DNA of 37,331 nt, from NCBI RefSeq assembly GCF_001194135.2, contig NC_068983.1, forward strand, positions 146,642,630 to 146,679,960. The letters run 5' to 3'. Of the stretch, positions 1 through 12,607 are shown piece after piece (the first letter of the stretch is position 1; every line of letters starts with the position of its first letter). The notes beneath the pieces were generated by a model. It worked only from the letters and a program-made list of their open reading frames with translations. It did no database searches and was not told where the DNA came from. The stretch is from Octopus bimaculoides. Lineage: Eukaryota. A program made the position numbers and the translations under genes.

Positions 1-26
1 ATATATATATATATATATATATATAA

Positions 27-172
27 CAGGTTTCTTCCAGTTCTGTCTATCAAATTCACTCATAAAGCTTTGGTCGGCCCAAGGCTATAATATAAGACAC
101 TTGTTCATGGTGCCATGCAGTAGGAATGAACCTGGAACCATGTGGTTGATAAACAAAGTACCAATCAAATAC
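27..172 (-). mobile_element. tRNA-derived SINE fragment
   Basis: Reverse complement of the family at 12608-12775 (caagtgtctt..tatagcc.tggg..gaccaaag); abuts (TA)n at 1-26. Confidence 0.65.
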
Positions 173-1431
173 TGGAGCCAATATAAGTGGCTGTTCTCTT
201 TCCTCCAAATTCCTTGCCTTTTGTCTATGTAAGAAATTATTATTAATTATTGATTACTTTTTTATGTTTGTACACACTGTGTTACACAAACACACACGCA
301 CACACACTTTTATCGAAAATTTTTCTTATTTAAGTCGTTTTCTTCTGGTTTGATTGCAGCCATGCTTGTATATATGTATGTATTTATGAAAGCATGTGAA
401 ACGTACACTTGCTTCATCACAATCTTCTGGTTACTGCCTTCATGACTGAATACATGATTACCATTGAAATTCATCAGAAAACCTACTATTGTTGATAAAT
501 AATAACTAGGGCTGCTTTACTTTTACAATTATATTTTTGATTGGATAAATGGATAAATTTCTAAATAAGAAATATATATTTGATTAATGTGGATCCTATA
601 ATAAGCATGCTTTAATTGTAACTAATTTCTATACCCATCATATAAACATTCAACCAAATGATAGTAATTTAAAGTTTTGTTCTTCTACAAAGCAGGAAAA
701 AATTTTTGAAATGACTTAAATTGCATCTTGTGAAATATCTAAAATATAAGCACTTGAAGTCTCATGCTTTAGCAAAATCCCCTATTTTTGCTTGCATGTT
801 GGAAGATTGTTTAGGACAATGCTTGGAAATCACAAAACAAGAAATTAATAAAATCCTCTCTTGAATAATGTAATTTGCAGTTGTATTTTGTAATTGTCAT
901 CAAGGAAAATATATGCTGTGATAAGCCTAAGCATTCAAATTTTGTTTTGTGAGTTGTTTAGTCAACAGAAACTACCAACAAAGCACAGTTATTGGTTTTA
1001 ATAAAAAAAAATTAAAAAATTAAATAGTAAAATGATTAAAGTTTTAGCACTACAAAATGTAAAGAAATTTTTGATAATTTAAATAAATAACTACATTGGA
1101 AAATAGGAATTATCACTGGCAATAGGTGAGTAGTGATGGAGCTCTCTACATGGTAGGCTATAATGAAAGGGCTTTTAGCATTTTATAGAAGTAAAACACA
1201 GATTACAGAAATGTACTTGCATAGCAAGCATTTTGATCTGAGTTCATGTGCTAAGACTAAAAGGATTGCAGTGTGGAAGACATACGTTAACCATTCAGAA
1301 ATGCACAAAGACTGTCAACTTCATTTAAATATGTAAACTATGATTAAGTGAAGCTGACAGTCACTCTGTGTTTCCAAAATTCAAATGTTATTACAATTTA
1401 TTAACTCATAGGTTGGACTTTAACTATCTTG

Positions 1432-2160
1432 NNNNNNNNNNNNNNNNNNNNNNNNNNNNNNNNNNNNNNNNNNNNNNNNNNNNNNNNNNNNNNNNNNNNN
1501 NNNNNNNNNNNNNNNNNNNNNNNNNNNNNNNNNNNNNNNNNNNNNNNNNNNNNNNNNNNNNNNNNNNNNNNNNNNNNNNNNNNNNNNNNNNNNNNNNNNN
1601 NNNNNNNNNNNNNNNNNNNNNNNNNNNNNNNNNNNNNNNNNNNNNNNNNNNNNNNNNNNNNNNNNNNNNNNNNNNNNNNNNNNNNNNNNNNNNNNNNNNN
1701 NNNNNNNNNNNNNNNNNNNNNNNNNNNNNNNNNNNNNNNNNNNNNNNNNNNNNNNNNNNNNNNNNNNNNNNNNNNNNNNNNNNNNNNNNNNNNNNNNNNN
1801 NNNNNNNNNNNNNNNNNNNNNNNNNNNNNNNNNNNNNNNNNNNNNNNNNNNNNNNNNNNNNNNNNNNNNNNNNNNNNNNNNNNNNNNNNNNNNNNNNNNN
1901 NNNNNNNNNNNNNNNNNNNNNNNNNNNNNNNNNNNNNNNNNNNNNNNNNNNNNNNNNNNNNNNNNNNNNNNNNNNNNNNNNNNNNNNNNNNNNNNNNNNN
2001 NNNNNNNNNNNNNNNNNNNNNNNNNNNNNNNNNNNNNNNNNNNNNNNNNNNNNNNNNNNNNNNNNNNNNNNNNNNNNNNNNNNNNNNNNNNNNNNNNNNN
2101 NNNNNNNNNNNNNNNNNNNNNNNNNNNNNNNNNNNNNNNNNNNNNNNNNNNNNNNNNNNN
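1432..2160. other. Assembly gap (others: 16324-16608, 17427-17526, 28925-29700, 30914-30923, 34475-34574)
   Basis: Runs of N. The two exactly 100-N gaps probably stand for unknown lengths. Confidence 1.
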
Positions 2161-2710
2161 AGATCTTTCCAGCAATCAGATCTGGACACAATGTAGCAAT
2201 GGATTACTGATTGGCAACTCAAGCTGGCTGTAGACAAGTGAACCTCCATGTATTTTGTGAGGGAAAAACCCAAGCTTTACATTCTCCCTCAACAACACCA
2301 ATCCTAAGAAGTCTGCTAGTGAATGTGACTTGGACATCATTGTCAACAATGATTTGCATTGGACAAACCACATCTCTAAAATTGTCAAGAAAGCTACGTG
2401 TCTTAGCAGCACTCAGTAAGACCTTTGTCAGACACTCTTCAGCTATCTATTTAAAGCTGTATATGGCTCTGAAATGTTCACATGTAGAGTTTGCATCACC
2501 AGCCTGGAACCTCCATCTTGCTCAGCATATCAAAATCCTGCAGCTAGATGAATACCTGCTGCCAGGTATCTATAATATTCTGAACATTTTGCTCCCTTGG
2601 GCATGGACACATAAAAGTTCCAACATCTGGTAACTTGGTAGACACTCACAAGATTATCTATCATGTTTGAATTAACAACCTTTGACACATTTTTGCCTAC
2701 CATATGTCTA
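2161..2710 (+). mobile_element. Decayed CR1/jockey-group LINE, RT C-terminal region
   Basis: Frameshifted motifs CDLDIIVNNDLHWTNHISKIVKKA and LYMALKCSHVEFASPAWNLHLAQHIKILQ correspond to RDLGV...L.W..HI and Y...VRPHLEYASPVW.P of CR1-like ORF2 ends. Confidence 0.7.
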
Positions 2711-2789
2711 ATACTTGTGGACATACTTACAAAAATAAAAAAAAACAACACAACACTCATGACTTTTATAAACATTTTTTCATGTTCAA

Positions 2790-3005
<216 letters not shown>

Positions 3006-3090
3006 ATAAGATTTTGGTCAGCTTGGAGCTATTGTAGAAGACACCTGCCCAAAGTACCATGCTGTGGGGTGTATTAAATATGTTACTTAC

Positions 3091-3128
3091 CTTCTTTACT
3101 GCATTCCAATACCATGTATTTGCACTTC
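3091..3128 (-). CDS. Exon L; C-terminal end of SRCR-like domain
   Basis: 38-nt exon with acceptor ttttactcttctctgtag and donor g|gtaagt. (E)KCKYMVLECSKE supplies the C...V.L.C end of the SRCR. Phase 2-1. Confidence 0.75.
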
Positions 3129-4276
3129 CTACAGAGAAGAGTAAAAGTTTTATTATTATATTTCTTAATGTTAAAATCACATCTTTATACTGTTACCAAA
3201 TCATGTTATAAGAGAGTAGCAGCTAGATAAGTTATAGAAATGCATTGTGTCTATAGTCAAGGCATTGTTTTGTAAATGATATAGACCATCTAAGTTAAAG
3301 CAGTTAATACATAGAAGAACTGTTCAGCATTGTAATCAGTGGGTGTGTTGTAAAACTGATGAGCATCACATCAGCCTGAAAGTATTTATTTGGATTTTGC
3401 CTGTGGTAGCAGTGTTAATAACTTGACATTGCTTTCAATTCTATCACAATCACTTCAAAATAAACATGAATGAAAATATCAATTGGCTCACTTCATCTAA
3501 TTTCAAATAGGAGTTGTGCAGACAAATAAGATAATGGACTATCTTCTCATAGATTGTAAGTTCAAATCTGCTGAAGTGAGAATAGATCAAATTAGGAATA
3601 GATAATTGGAAAAGCTGTCTCTGATAAACAAACTTTCTATCTAGGGTGAATTTTTCATCTGTTTTACACCATGAAGCTGAGAGATAAATACTCACTCACA
3701 GAATACATTTGTTTTGGAGGAGATATTTTGCATTATGTGTAAGCACAACTAACTATTGCAAGTAGCAGAGGCAATATATAATTAACGAGTGCTTTCATTA
3801 ACCAGTGGAAAAGAGTTTGAATCCATCTAAACAACTCATCCATGATAAAAGCATCTATCATGTTTTCATCTCTGGATTAACCGATTCTTTCACTTCCTTC
3901 CAAATATGGGGAATCATTATTTGATGAGGTAAAGAGATCAATGATTTGGAAAAATTTATTGGACAATGGCAAAATACTTTGTGATAATCACTAATGTCCT
4001 TCTTCAATCTGCATTAAAATCTTGGTTCACTCATCTGGGATCAACAAAAGTAATCACTGGAATCAGTAGAGTCAAATTTAATCCATCACCAAAACATAAA
4101 TACTCCATTGAGTAAAGCATAAACTTTCAGTGAGCCAAGGTAATATACTAGGGCTCCATTTCTAGTTGTTGCTATTCCATTTTTCCATTTGGTTACTGTA
4201 ACAGGAAACAATGCAGCATGGCATATAACATACTATAACATGGCATAAATGTTGAATAACAGAAATAAATATTTAC

Positions 4277-4384
4277 TCAAAGGAATTTGCTTTGAATCCT
4301 GGTATCAGTCCCATTTTGCTGCCTGTGGGGTTTTGTGTGAATTGTACACCATATCCGTCAATTGAATTACCAAATGTTCCATTA
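4277..4384 (-). CDS. Exon K; middle of SRCR-like domain
   Basis: Acceptor ttttattttttcatag, donor ga|gtaaat. (S)NGTFGNSIDGYGVQFTQNPTGSKMGLIPGFKANSF; 108 nt, phase 2-2, continues exon J in frame. Confidence 0.7.
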
Positions 4385-5845
4385 CTATGAAAAAATAAAA
4401 AGGAATGTAGAAAAATCAATAGAGACATAAATAGAGAAAGAAAGAGTCACAGATAGAAAAAGAATATAGATCAATTGATACAGAAAGATAAAGAGATAAA
4501 AGAAACAAAGAGGGCAACACAGACAGATTGAAGCAAAAATATAAAAAGTTAACATATTGGAAGGATATAAGATATATTTAGATACTCAATTTCGATATTG
4601 TATACTTTGGCAAGTGAAATGACTTAGTTTATACATTCAGGAAAATTATGCTAATTCTGCACCACAAAACCATAGCGGTATATTCTCTAAGTTGATATTC
4701 ACTACAAACATTTTGTTTTATTTCTGGACAAGAAATTTTATTCTATCCTCCTCCTCCTTGCCGCCGCTGCCGCTGCCACGACGAAGACGACGACGACCAC
4801 CACCACCATGTTGAGCCTAAAACTATATGGCATGGATTGTTTTATTATCAAATGGCATGATAAATGTTCATGTTCTGCATTGTCAACATCATTATTGCTC
4901 TCACTGTTGTTATTGTTAATGTCATTATTAATGCTATCAATATCTAACTAAAGTATTCTCTTTTTGTGTCACTAATATTATTTACAATATGTGAAAAAAG
5001 TGCAAGTTTTGTTTTTAGTCATTATTGCAGAAGAAAAAGGCATTGGCAATTTGATATCAATGTTAGTTATTCAGTGTGTGGTCTATTTCTTCCAGATATG
5101 AGGAGTGGTTTTCTTTAAATAACATTCTTGTATTCTATGATAATAGGTTTAATTATATCTCTTGTTGCAATAAATATTATTCAAAGACAAACTCGGGGAA
5201 TGGTATAGTTGTTGTTATTGTTGCTTTGCTCACTTCAAATTTGATCTAGCACACACTTGATTAATGGTGTCCCATCAATAGACATCTCATATTGTTTTAG
5301 ATTGTGTTTGTCTAGAGTTAAATTGCTCAATGTGTTCCCTTTTATTTTAAAATGGTAGTTTGTAATTTAAGAGAGATTTGGCTGGCATTTTTTTTTATCT
5401 TGACAAGATGCTAGGACTTGAGTATTTATAAATGAGAGACAACATCAAATATATTTTTAGAATACAGCTGTACCATTAATATTAATGTTTAATTCTTTGA
5501 AGTACAGTTTTTTTTATTGTTTTAAATAGTGTTTGTCAATGAGAAACTTTATTATAGATCTGACATCTTTCCACATCTATTAACTGGCTTTTGATTTTTA
5601 ACATAAATCAATAAAACCATATATAAGGAGCTATTCTCATGGAACCAATATAAAAGTATTTATATAATATAGAAGACAGTCTCATAGTCAAAATACGTCA
5701 ATTGCATGTTGTTCTCTAAGCAAGCAAGATAGCTTCTAAATTTATATACAAAATTATCACAAAGTGAACCTGAACAAGTAAAAACAATGTCAAGACATGA
5801 ATGTTTCTATGAAGAAGACTAATGACTTAATTATTTATTTTCATA

Positions 5846-6697
5846 TATTGAATTGAGTCAAAAATTTTGTAATATTTTGTTAACTTACTGGCTTTATTTG
5901 TCAAGTTACAACAAAAGCAGCCTGCATTCAAAGTAGAGGCTATCATGTTGCATTGTTCTTTGGTCCCATACTGATACCAGTTTATCCTTTGAAGTGAAGA
6001 GCTCCTTCACTGAAGCCTCGACCTACCTCTGGTTGATGTGTCATAAGCATGGGAAGTGAGCCATGGATCAAGTAATAATCCATGGTAGACTATATGCTGG
6101 GTGTGGCATCAGTTCAATTCCCTCAAGTTCCTGGAGTTTATTCCAGATTGGTAGAACAGTATGAGGTCTTGCTGCAGAAGAGCTCACTTTCTGCTAACCA
6201 ATTCTAGGTACTTTTGTTGTGCAATGGCATCCATCCACTCCAGCTGTTCAGGATACAGGTTGGCATTGATGGTCTGACCGTCTGGAACGAATTCCACCAG
6301 ATGCCAAGCATCACTTTGTGTTCAAAACGACTGTGTTCCAAACAGCCATATTTGGTGACAGGTTCTGGAAGCTGGCCCTTGCTTAACTACTGCTTATGCA
6401 TGGTAGAACTGTGGAAAAATATCCCTTTGGATTATTACTTGTTCTGATCCCAGGTTCACTTCCTGCACTCATAATGCTTCATCAACTAAGTGGAAATGGA
6501 ATTTTCAGTGAAGGAGTTCTTCATCTTGAAGGACAAGAACTGGTTTCAGGATGGGATCAAAGAACTGGCAAAAAGGTGGTTTCAGACAGTGCAACAGGAT
6601 AACCTCTACTTTGAATGCTAGACTGATTTTGTTGTAACTTGACAAATAAAGCAAAGAAGTTTCCAAAATATTGCAAAACTTTTGACTCAACACAATA
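5846..6697. mobile_element. Decayed mariner derivative with two inverted 3' ends
   Basis: Minus strand: KVMLGIWWN, GQTINANLY, PHPAYS. Plus strand 6505-6620: KEFFILKDKNWFQDGIKELAKRWFQTVQQDNLYFEC*. Both ends read ta-ttg..ttgagtcaaaa.ttttg.aat inward. Confidence 0.8.
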
Positions 6698-6806
6698 TTA
6701 TTATAGTGCATTATCAATCACATGGCAGTCTTTTTAATTATATAAAATAATATACTGTCACTTTCAAATAAGTGGGCAGCAAAAATACATTATTCAGTTT
6801 TCTTAC

Positions 6807-6924
6807 CTTCTTCCAACTGTGGAACACAAATGATTTGCAATTTTTTCACTGTTCAAGTTGTTTTCACAAACATTTTCATATGAACCATTGTGATACACTA
6901 GAATTGTGTTGTTTATGTATGTAA
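6807..6924 (-). CDS. Exon J; N-terminal part of SRCR-like domain
   Basis: Acceptor ttttctgtttgtttttctag, donor ag|gtaaga. (F)TYINNTILVYHNGSYENVCENNLNSEKIANHLCSTVGR resembles the V...G.W..VC......A...C...G pattern of protease-associated SRCRs. Phase 1-2. Confidence 0.8.
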
Positions 6925-7904
6925 CTAGAAAAACAAACAGAAAAAATACAATACAAGACAGAAAACAAAATTTAATTTTAATTTAATTCATCTATAACCA
7001 ATATCAGCTTATGCACATACCATTACGATCACCACCAATGTTTATCACTACTATACTTATATGTGTGCTGGCATGTGTATGTGTGTATGTATGTGTATAA
7101 AACTGCAAACATGTGTGTGTATAAATAGGATACAGCCTTTCATCTATGCACACTTTGCTGAACATATCAATGCAAAATTGTTAACAATTTAAATGTTAAG
7201 ATATTTGTATTTTCTGACTGCACACTTGGTTTATATAGGAATATTGAAATGACCTAAGCAGCAGTGGAAACATAGTAATCAGAGTAAAAGTCCCAAGAGC
7301 TATCATTTCTGCTGGTAACAAAGGAACAAGTAAAAGAAGCAACTGATGTTAAGCATAAAGAAGTAAAAAAAATATAAAGTTTCATCATATATATAGATGT
7401 GCATCCCTCACTTGTCATAAAACTATTCTAACAAGATGACACTTGAATTCATCTCAACATTTTTGCAGAGTAATATACTGAAGAGAGATGTTCTTTAAGG
7501 TACTTCATTATGTGAGTCAAAAATTGAAGGGATGGAAGATGAGGAGATGCATCTACATGTTGAGCAATGCATCTCACTTATTGTACAGCAGGTCACTGAA
7601 TTAAAGTAAGAGGGCCAGTGAGTATATGACTACACTATTTCTCAGACATGATTAAAATAGGGACTTGATTGGTATTCTGGCAAGGCATGTGAATGATTTT
7701 GTGCTCTGAGGAATTGAATTGTCTGAGAAAGGTGTGATTATAGTATTGAAAAAGAAATTTAAAGCAAGAATTTGTGTATTCAAGAATTGAAGATTGAATA
7801 TATATCAATCTAAGACCACTCCCAATTCTCTTCTCAAGATAATGTTAGCGTCATAATCAGGATATGTTTATGAGGCTGAAGACCATGCCATTCATATATG
7901 TAAA

Positions 7905-8235
7905 GGGTAAAGACCCCTTTGGTCATGAATGGCCATGAGATTACACCTTGAAAATTGTCCTCCAATGTTCAAGTTCAGGCAAGGTTGTTTATAGAAGACC
8001 AGCAGTTGCCCACTCATAAAAGTCCTCCCTCTCTACGCCACTGATATTATTCAAGGGAAAGTCAAAAGATGATACATCTGGCACCAGTTATGTTGCAACT
8101 CATTTCTACAGCTGAGTGAACTGGAGCAATGTGAAATAAAGTATCTTGCTCAAGAACACAACACACAACATGATCTGAGACCTGAACTCACTACTTAATG
8201 ATTGTGAGCCTGATCCTCTAACCACTGTGCCACAC
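7905..8235 (-). mobile_element. tRNA-headed SINE
   Basis: Minus strand has a tRNA-like head (gtggcacagtggttagagg...gagttcaggtc) then ttgtgttcttgagcaagatacttt. The same motif is at 37280-37331. Confidence 0.65.
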
Positions 8236-8309
8236 ACACAGACACACACATGCAGTTTACACATACACATACATACACACAGACACACATACTCTCTCTT
8301 ACACACACC

Positions 8310-8510
8310 ATCATCATCATTTAACGTCCACCTTCCATGCTAACATGGGTCGAATGGTTTCATGAGCTGGCCAGGCAGAAACCTGCACCAGACTTCTGTG
8401 ACTGTTTTGTTAAGATTTTTACAGCTGGATGCCCTTCCTATCACTAATCACTCAGCAGAGTGGACTTAGTGCTTTTTATGTGGCACGAGCACAGGTGAGG
8501 TGAGTAGTGT
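8310..8510 (-). mobile_element. RTE-associated 3' UTR/SINE-like repeat with (GAT)n tail
   Basis: Reverse complement of 36975-37190 (gaagggcatccagctgta...catgctagcatggaa). Confidence 0.7.
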
Positions 8511-8608
8511 ATTTTATGTGGCACAAGCATACATATATACTTTACAAATATGCAGACATACACATATATACTTATATTTATATAGAGAGAGTAATTTTTT
8601 CTACGTAC

Positions 8609-8719
8609 AGCAATAGAATTCATCAGAACCATCGTCACAGTCTTCTTTACCATCACAGCGAAGTCCTTGTTTGATGCATTTCAGATTTTTGCATTGCCAA
8701 TGTCCAATTGCACATGAAG
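8609..8719 (-). CDS. Exon I; LDLa repeat
   Basis: Acceptor ttttctactttcag, donor t|gtacgt. (A)SCAIGHWQCKNLKCIKQGLRCDGKEDCDDGSDEFYC. Phase 1-1. Confidence 0.92.
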
Positions 8720-9870
8720 CTGAAAGTAGAAAATTGGGAAAAAGAAATCATCCATGGAATCTTTTGTAATCTCAAAAGCTATCTACTTTGCTGCATTATT
8801 CACTTTTTCAGGTGTTTTCTAGCAGGTTCTGTAACTATACAGAAGCTTTCTCATTTGCTCCACTGTAGATATACTAAATATCCCTGTCATGTACTAAGGA
8901 AGAAATAATTCACTATACTTGCCAACTAAATTTGGAGCCTGCTATGTGAGAAATGCTTTTTGCCTTTTTTTAAATCAATCCAGTTAAAACCTTAACTGAT
9001 TCATTTTCTTGTTGAAGCCATTCTGTTTCTATTGATTCACTCCTCACTTGAAGCTATGTTCTCCATTTAGTGATTAGTAAAATGGCTGAATTACTTTTTA
9101 ATAAAAGCTTTTTATGTCTCCCATATAATAGTTAATAATCTGGCTGATTTACTTCCATGTTGAAGCTATTTTGTTTCCTATGAAACAGCTGGAAACCCAA
9201 ATGCTTCAAAGCCCAAATTAAAATGTTTTGTTTTTTTATGTACCTGATAGAAACTGAGAGATTTAAATTCTCAGCTTTGTTAATTTGGTTTTCATGTAAG
9301 CATTGACAACCAAGCTCATTCAGATACCAGTTACTGTTAATAGTTGGCAAACCAGTTGTTTCAATTTTTATTTGAAGCCTTTTTATTCTCAAGATGTTGT
9401 TGACATCCTAGTTATTTCTATTTCAATTTCAAAGTATTTTCTTTCGCATTCAGTTATTGTTAGCAATCTAGCTGCTTCCACTTCCATTTGAAGTTTTTTT
9501 AAGTACCATGCAGGACTTGTAAACTTAAATATTTCAGTGTGCCGCAGGATTCTGTTCTGTTAAATCATTTTTGATTCTGGTTGACATAAGTCGTATTATA
9601 CTTTGTTAAAAGTTCTCTCGCATGGGTGAACCATGTTTTGTTGAATTTGTTTAAGACTGTTGCTGTTTTTGCCTGCGGGCCTGTTAAATTTTGTGCTTGT
9701 CTTCTCCATTTTGGGGCGAAGTGATTGAAAAAAGAAAAAGAAAAATGGGGTGTAAACTATTTCCAGCACATGCTGGGAGTTATGCTTCAGTAGCTGGGAA
9801 AGGTACAACCACAGACTTGCTAGAAGTGCGATAAATTAAAATTGAACAGAAGCTGGAGGAATACTACAGG

Positions 9871-11038
9871 TTGATTCAGAAGAAGGGATCCAGTTTAAAG
9901 CTGACCCCTCCAGAAGAAGTGACAACCAGTACAAAGAAAAGAACAGTGGTTTATAAAACTCTATCTACAACCACCAAGAAAATTGAGATAGCTGCAGAAG
10001 AAGCGATTGAAGAATGTCTGAAGGAAATAAAGAGCCTGACAACATTCTACACAAGAAGCAGAAATTATGGTACAGTGAAGGTAAGATTTGCCAATGAACA
10101 AGAGGCAATAAATCACTCCGCTGTGATGCTGAAGACAGAAAAATGGGCACTCCTGCCTACCTACTGTAGCAAAAGAGTCACTAGAGTGAGAATAGGCAGA
10201 GTACTGCCAGAAATCAAAGAAGCGTGGCTGGTGGCAGCTGTAATGCACAAAACCGAGGAGGATGCCAAAAGTCTAAAGATGACAAGGACAAAGAAGGTAA
10301 ATTGAAGGGGATACGGCACAGAAATGGTCATCCAGGTCAGACAACAAGATTTAAATGAAATTGCCAAAGAGGTGATTCTACCGGAGGACATAAGGTTGAG
10401 AGTGATGGTAGAAGGAAGACCACCAACTTGCTATCAATGTGGGGAAAAAGGACACATTAGAATAAAGTGCCCCCAGACAGGAAGTAAAAACGAAGAAAGC
10501 CAACAGGAGAAGAGTGCTGAAGTGGTGGGCGTAGCAAATGATAAATGCACGGAAGAAGTGGAAGAATCATTTACAGAGGTGACCAAAGGAAAAATAAAAG
10601 AACTAGTGAACTCACCTCTGAAGAGTCCAATAAAGAAAAAGAAAGATAGTGAAACAAACTATACACGATTTTTACTACATGAACCTCCACCAGCATCACC
10701 AACGAAGGAAAAAAAAGGAAACCATCAGAGACAACCCAAGTTTACCACAGAAACGAACAGTTAAAAGACCTGGGAAAAACAAATTGCATATGGTAACATA
10801 TACAAAAAGCACAGCTATAGAAGGGAAAATCACCAAATTTAAATCGGTGAAAAGAGTAAAATTACCAATGGAACATTACCCAGAAAATACAAAAGCCATA
10901 TCAATAGACCAAGAGAGATATGAACAATTAAAGAAATGGTTTAGAGACAAAATAGACCCAATGGGAGTGAAGGTAGAGTTTGATGACCTACTGCCTGTTG
11001 TAGATTACAAAGACTTGTTGCCATATATAAAATGGTAA
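9871..11038 (+). mobile_element. Disrupted ORF1/Gag-like ORF with CCHC zinc knuckle (Tx1/L1-like)
   Basis: ORFs 9871-10305 and 10324-10764 share a frame, split by one TGA; 10649-11038 is shifted +1. Contains RNYGTVKVRF (RRM-like) and RVMVEGRPPTCYQCGEKGHIRIKCP (CX2CX4HX4C). Confidence 0.75.
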
Positions 11039-12607
11039 AGTGTAAGTAAGCTTTTAAAATTCTGTTAAATAAGACTACACATATGATACTAAAAACGAAA
11101 CAATGCTATAAAAACTTTTATCAAAAACACTTAAATGGTGCTGCTTGAGAGTGGGGTTCAAGCAACCATTACATCCTCATTCAATTATTATCCATCTCTC
11201 ATTCATTCGTTTTATGTTTTTTGTCCCCACTGTGGTGTTCTGTCTGTCCTTGTACCATTCCCCTCCGTGTTACGGCCTGTGTGCCAAATAAAAACAGTTG
11301 GCAAGGTATGCCATTTGGGTCAGTCATGCAGACGACGAAGTACGTCGTTATAATGTGGGACATATCATTGTTGAGCAAGACATAACAGTGGCAACAAGGT
11401 TTTGAACACATGCAGGATATAACATGTAACAATGAGAAGTTGAAAACATGCAGGATACAACAATGGCCACAGAATACAACAAGGAAAACTTTGGTGACAA
11501 GAATTCAAAAACAGGTAGGATACAACAATGACCACAGGATACAAGCAAAAATTCAGTGACGAAAATAATTCTATGAAATAATAGCGATAATAGAATATGA
11601 TGGAAAAAAATTCTGCTGAAGAAGGATTTTGGGAGTACTACCTAGGATACAGAGAAAAAAATAATACAAGTCTGTTGAAGGATTTCAGTCAGGTCACTCA
11701 CGTGTTCATAGCACTACTCGTAAGAATGTAAAGCCAGTACTACCTGTGGCATACATTCAAATAGCATGGTTCGAATGTGTAATACATAGAGTTGAAAACA
11801 AAATAATAATTGCTGATATGTACATATCAGAGAACTTTATGTAATAACTTATTTATCTGTGAACTAGAAGCAATAGAATATGACGGGAAAAAAGCTGTTG
11901 AAGAAGGATTTCTGGAGTACTACCTGGGACACAGAAAAATATAATACAAGTCCATTGAAGAATTTCAGTCAGGTCGCTCATGTGTTTGTAGAGCTACTGG
12001 TAAGAATGTAGAGTTGGTACTACCTGGGGCATTTTGGAGAAAAAAGATTTTGTTGTTCAGTGTAATATATAGAGTTGAAAAAAAAAAAAATTATCAATGG
12101 AGAACTCTACGAAATAATAAATTTTTCTGTGATAAGAAAATGAAAAAAAAATTTTTTTTTGTCCTGTATAGAAAATGAAAATGAAAGAAAAAAAAAAGGA
12201 AATAATGATAATTCTATGTGTAGAAAAGATGTAAAAATAATAATTCTGTGTGTACTAAAAAATGGAGAATGAAAAAATAAAATAACAATAGTAATAATGC
12301 TGTATGTAGAAAAAAAAGATCTCAAAAGGGGAGGTGTTGCGAAGGACACCCCTAAATAAATAGTGGACAGCTGTGAGGAGTGGAGTCAGTCAGCGAGGTG
12401 TACTGTTCGGGCCAGTCATGCAGACAATGAAGTACATTGTTATAATACAGGACATATCAGTGTCGAGCAAGACGTAACAGTAAACTAGCTGCTTTTCTTC
12501 TCAGTTGAAATTATTTTTTGTCCTCTATAATAGTTGGCAACAGATCTGTTTCAGATCCTAGTTGAATTAATTGTTTCAAGTTATTGTTAAAATAATATTG
12601 TTTCTTA

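Noticed and set aside
330-485. Minus-strand open frame phase-compatible with exon L (GFLMNFNGNHVFSHEG...)
   Set aside because: No recognisable domain, weak acceptor and no clear donor; it cannot be supported as the next exon.
1368-2273. Long ORFs spanning N gaps (also 16240-16637, 17293-17563, 28920-29744, 34322-34866)
   Set aside because: Open only because Ns contain no stops. The real exon B is in a different frame from those listed.
7021-7050. Short candidate exon with a gtatgt donor (LVINIGGDRN)
   Set aside because: No polypyrimidine tract; not needed for frame or domain.
7578-7595. 18-nt phase 1-1 micro-exon candidate (LTCCTIM)
   Set aside because: Would add unpaired Cys; the upstream acceptor of exon J (6924) already supplies the SRCR N-terminus.
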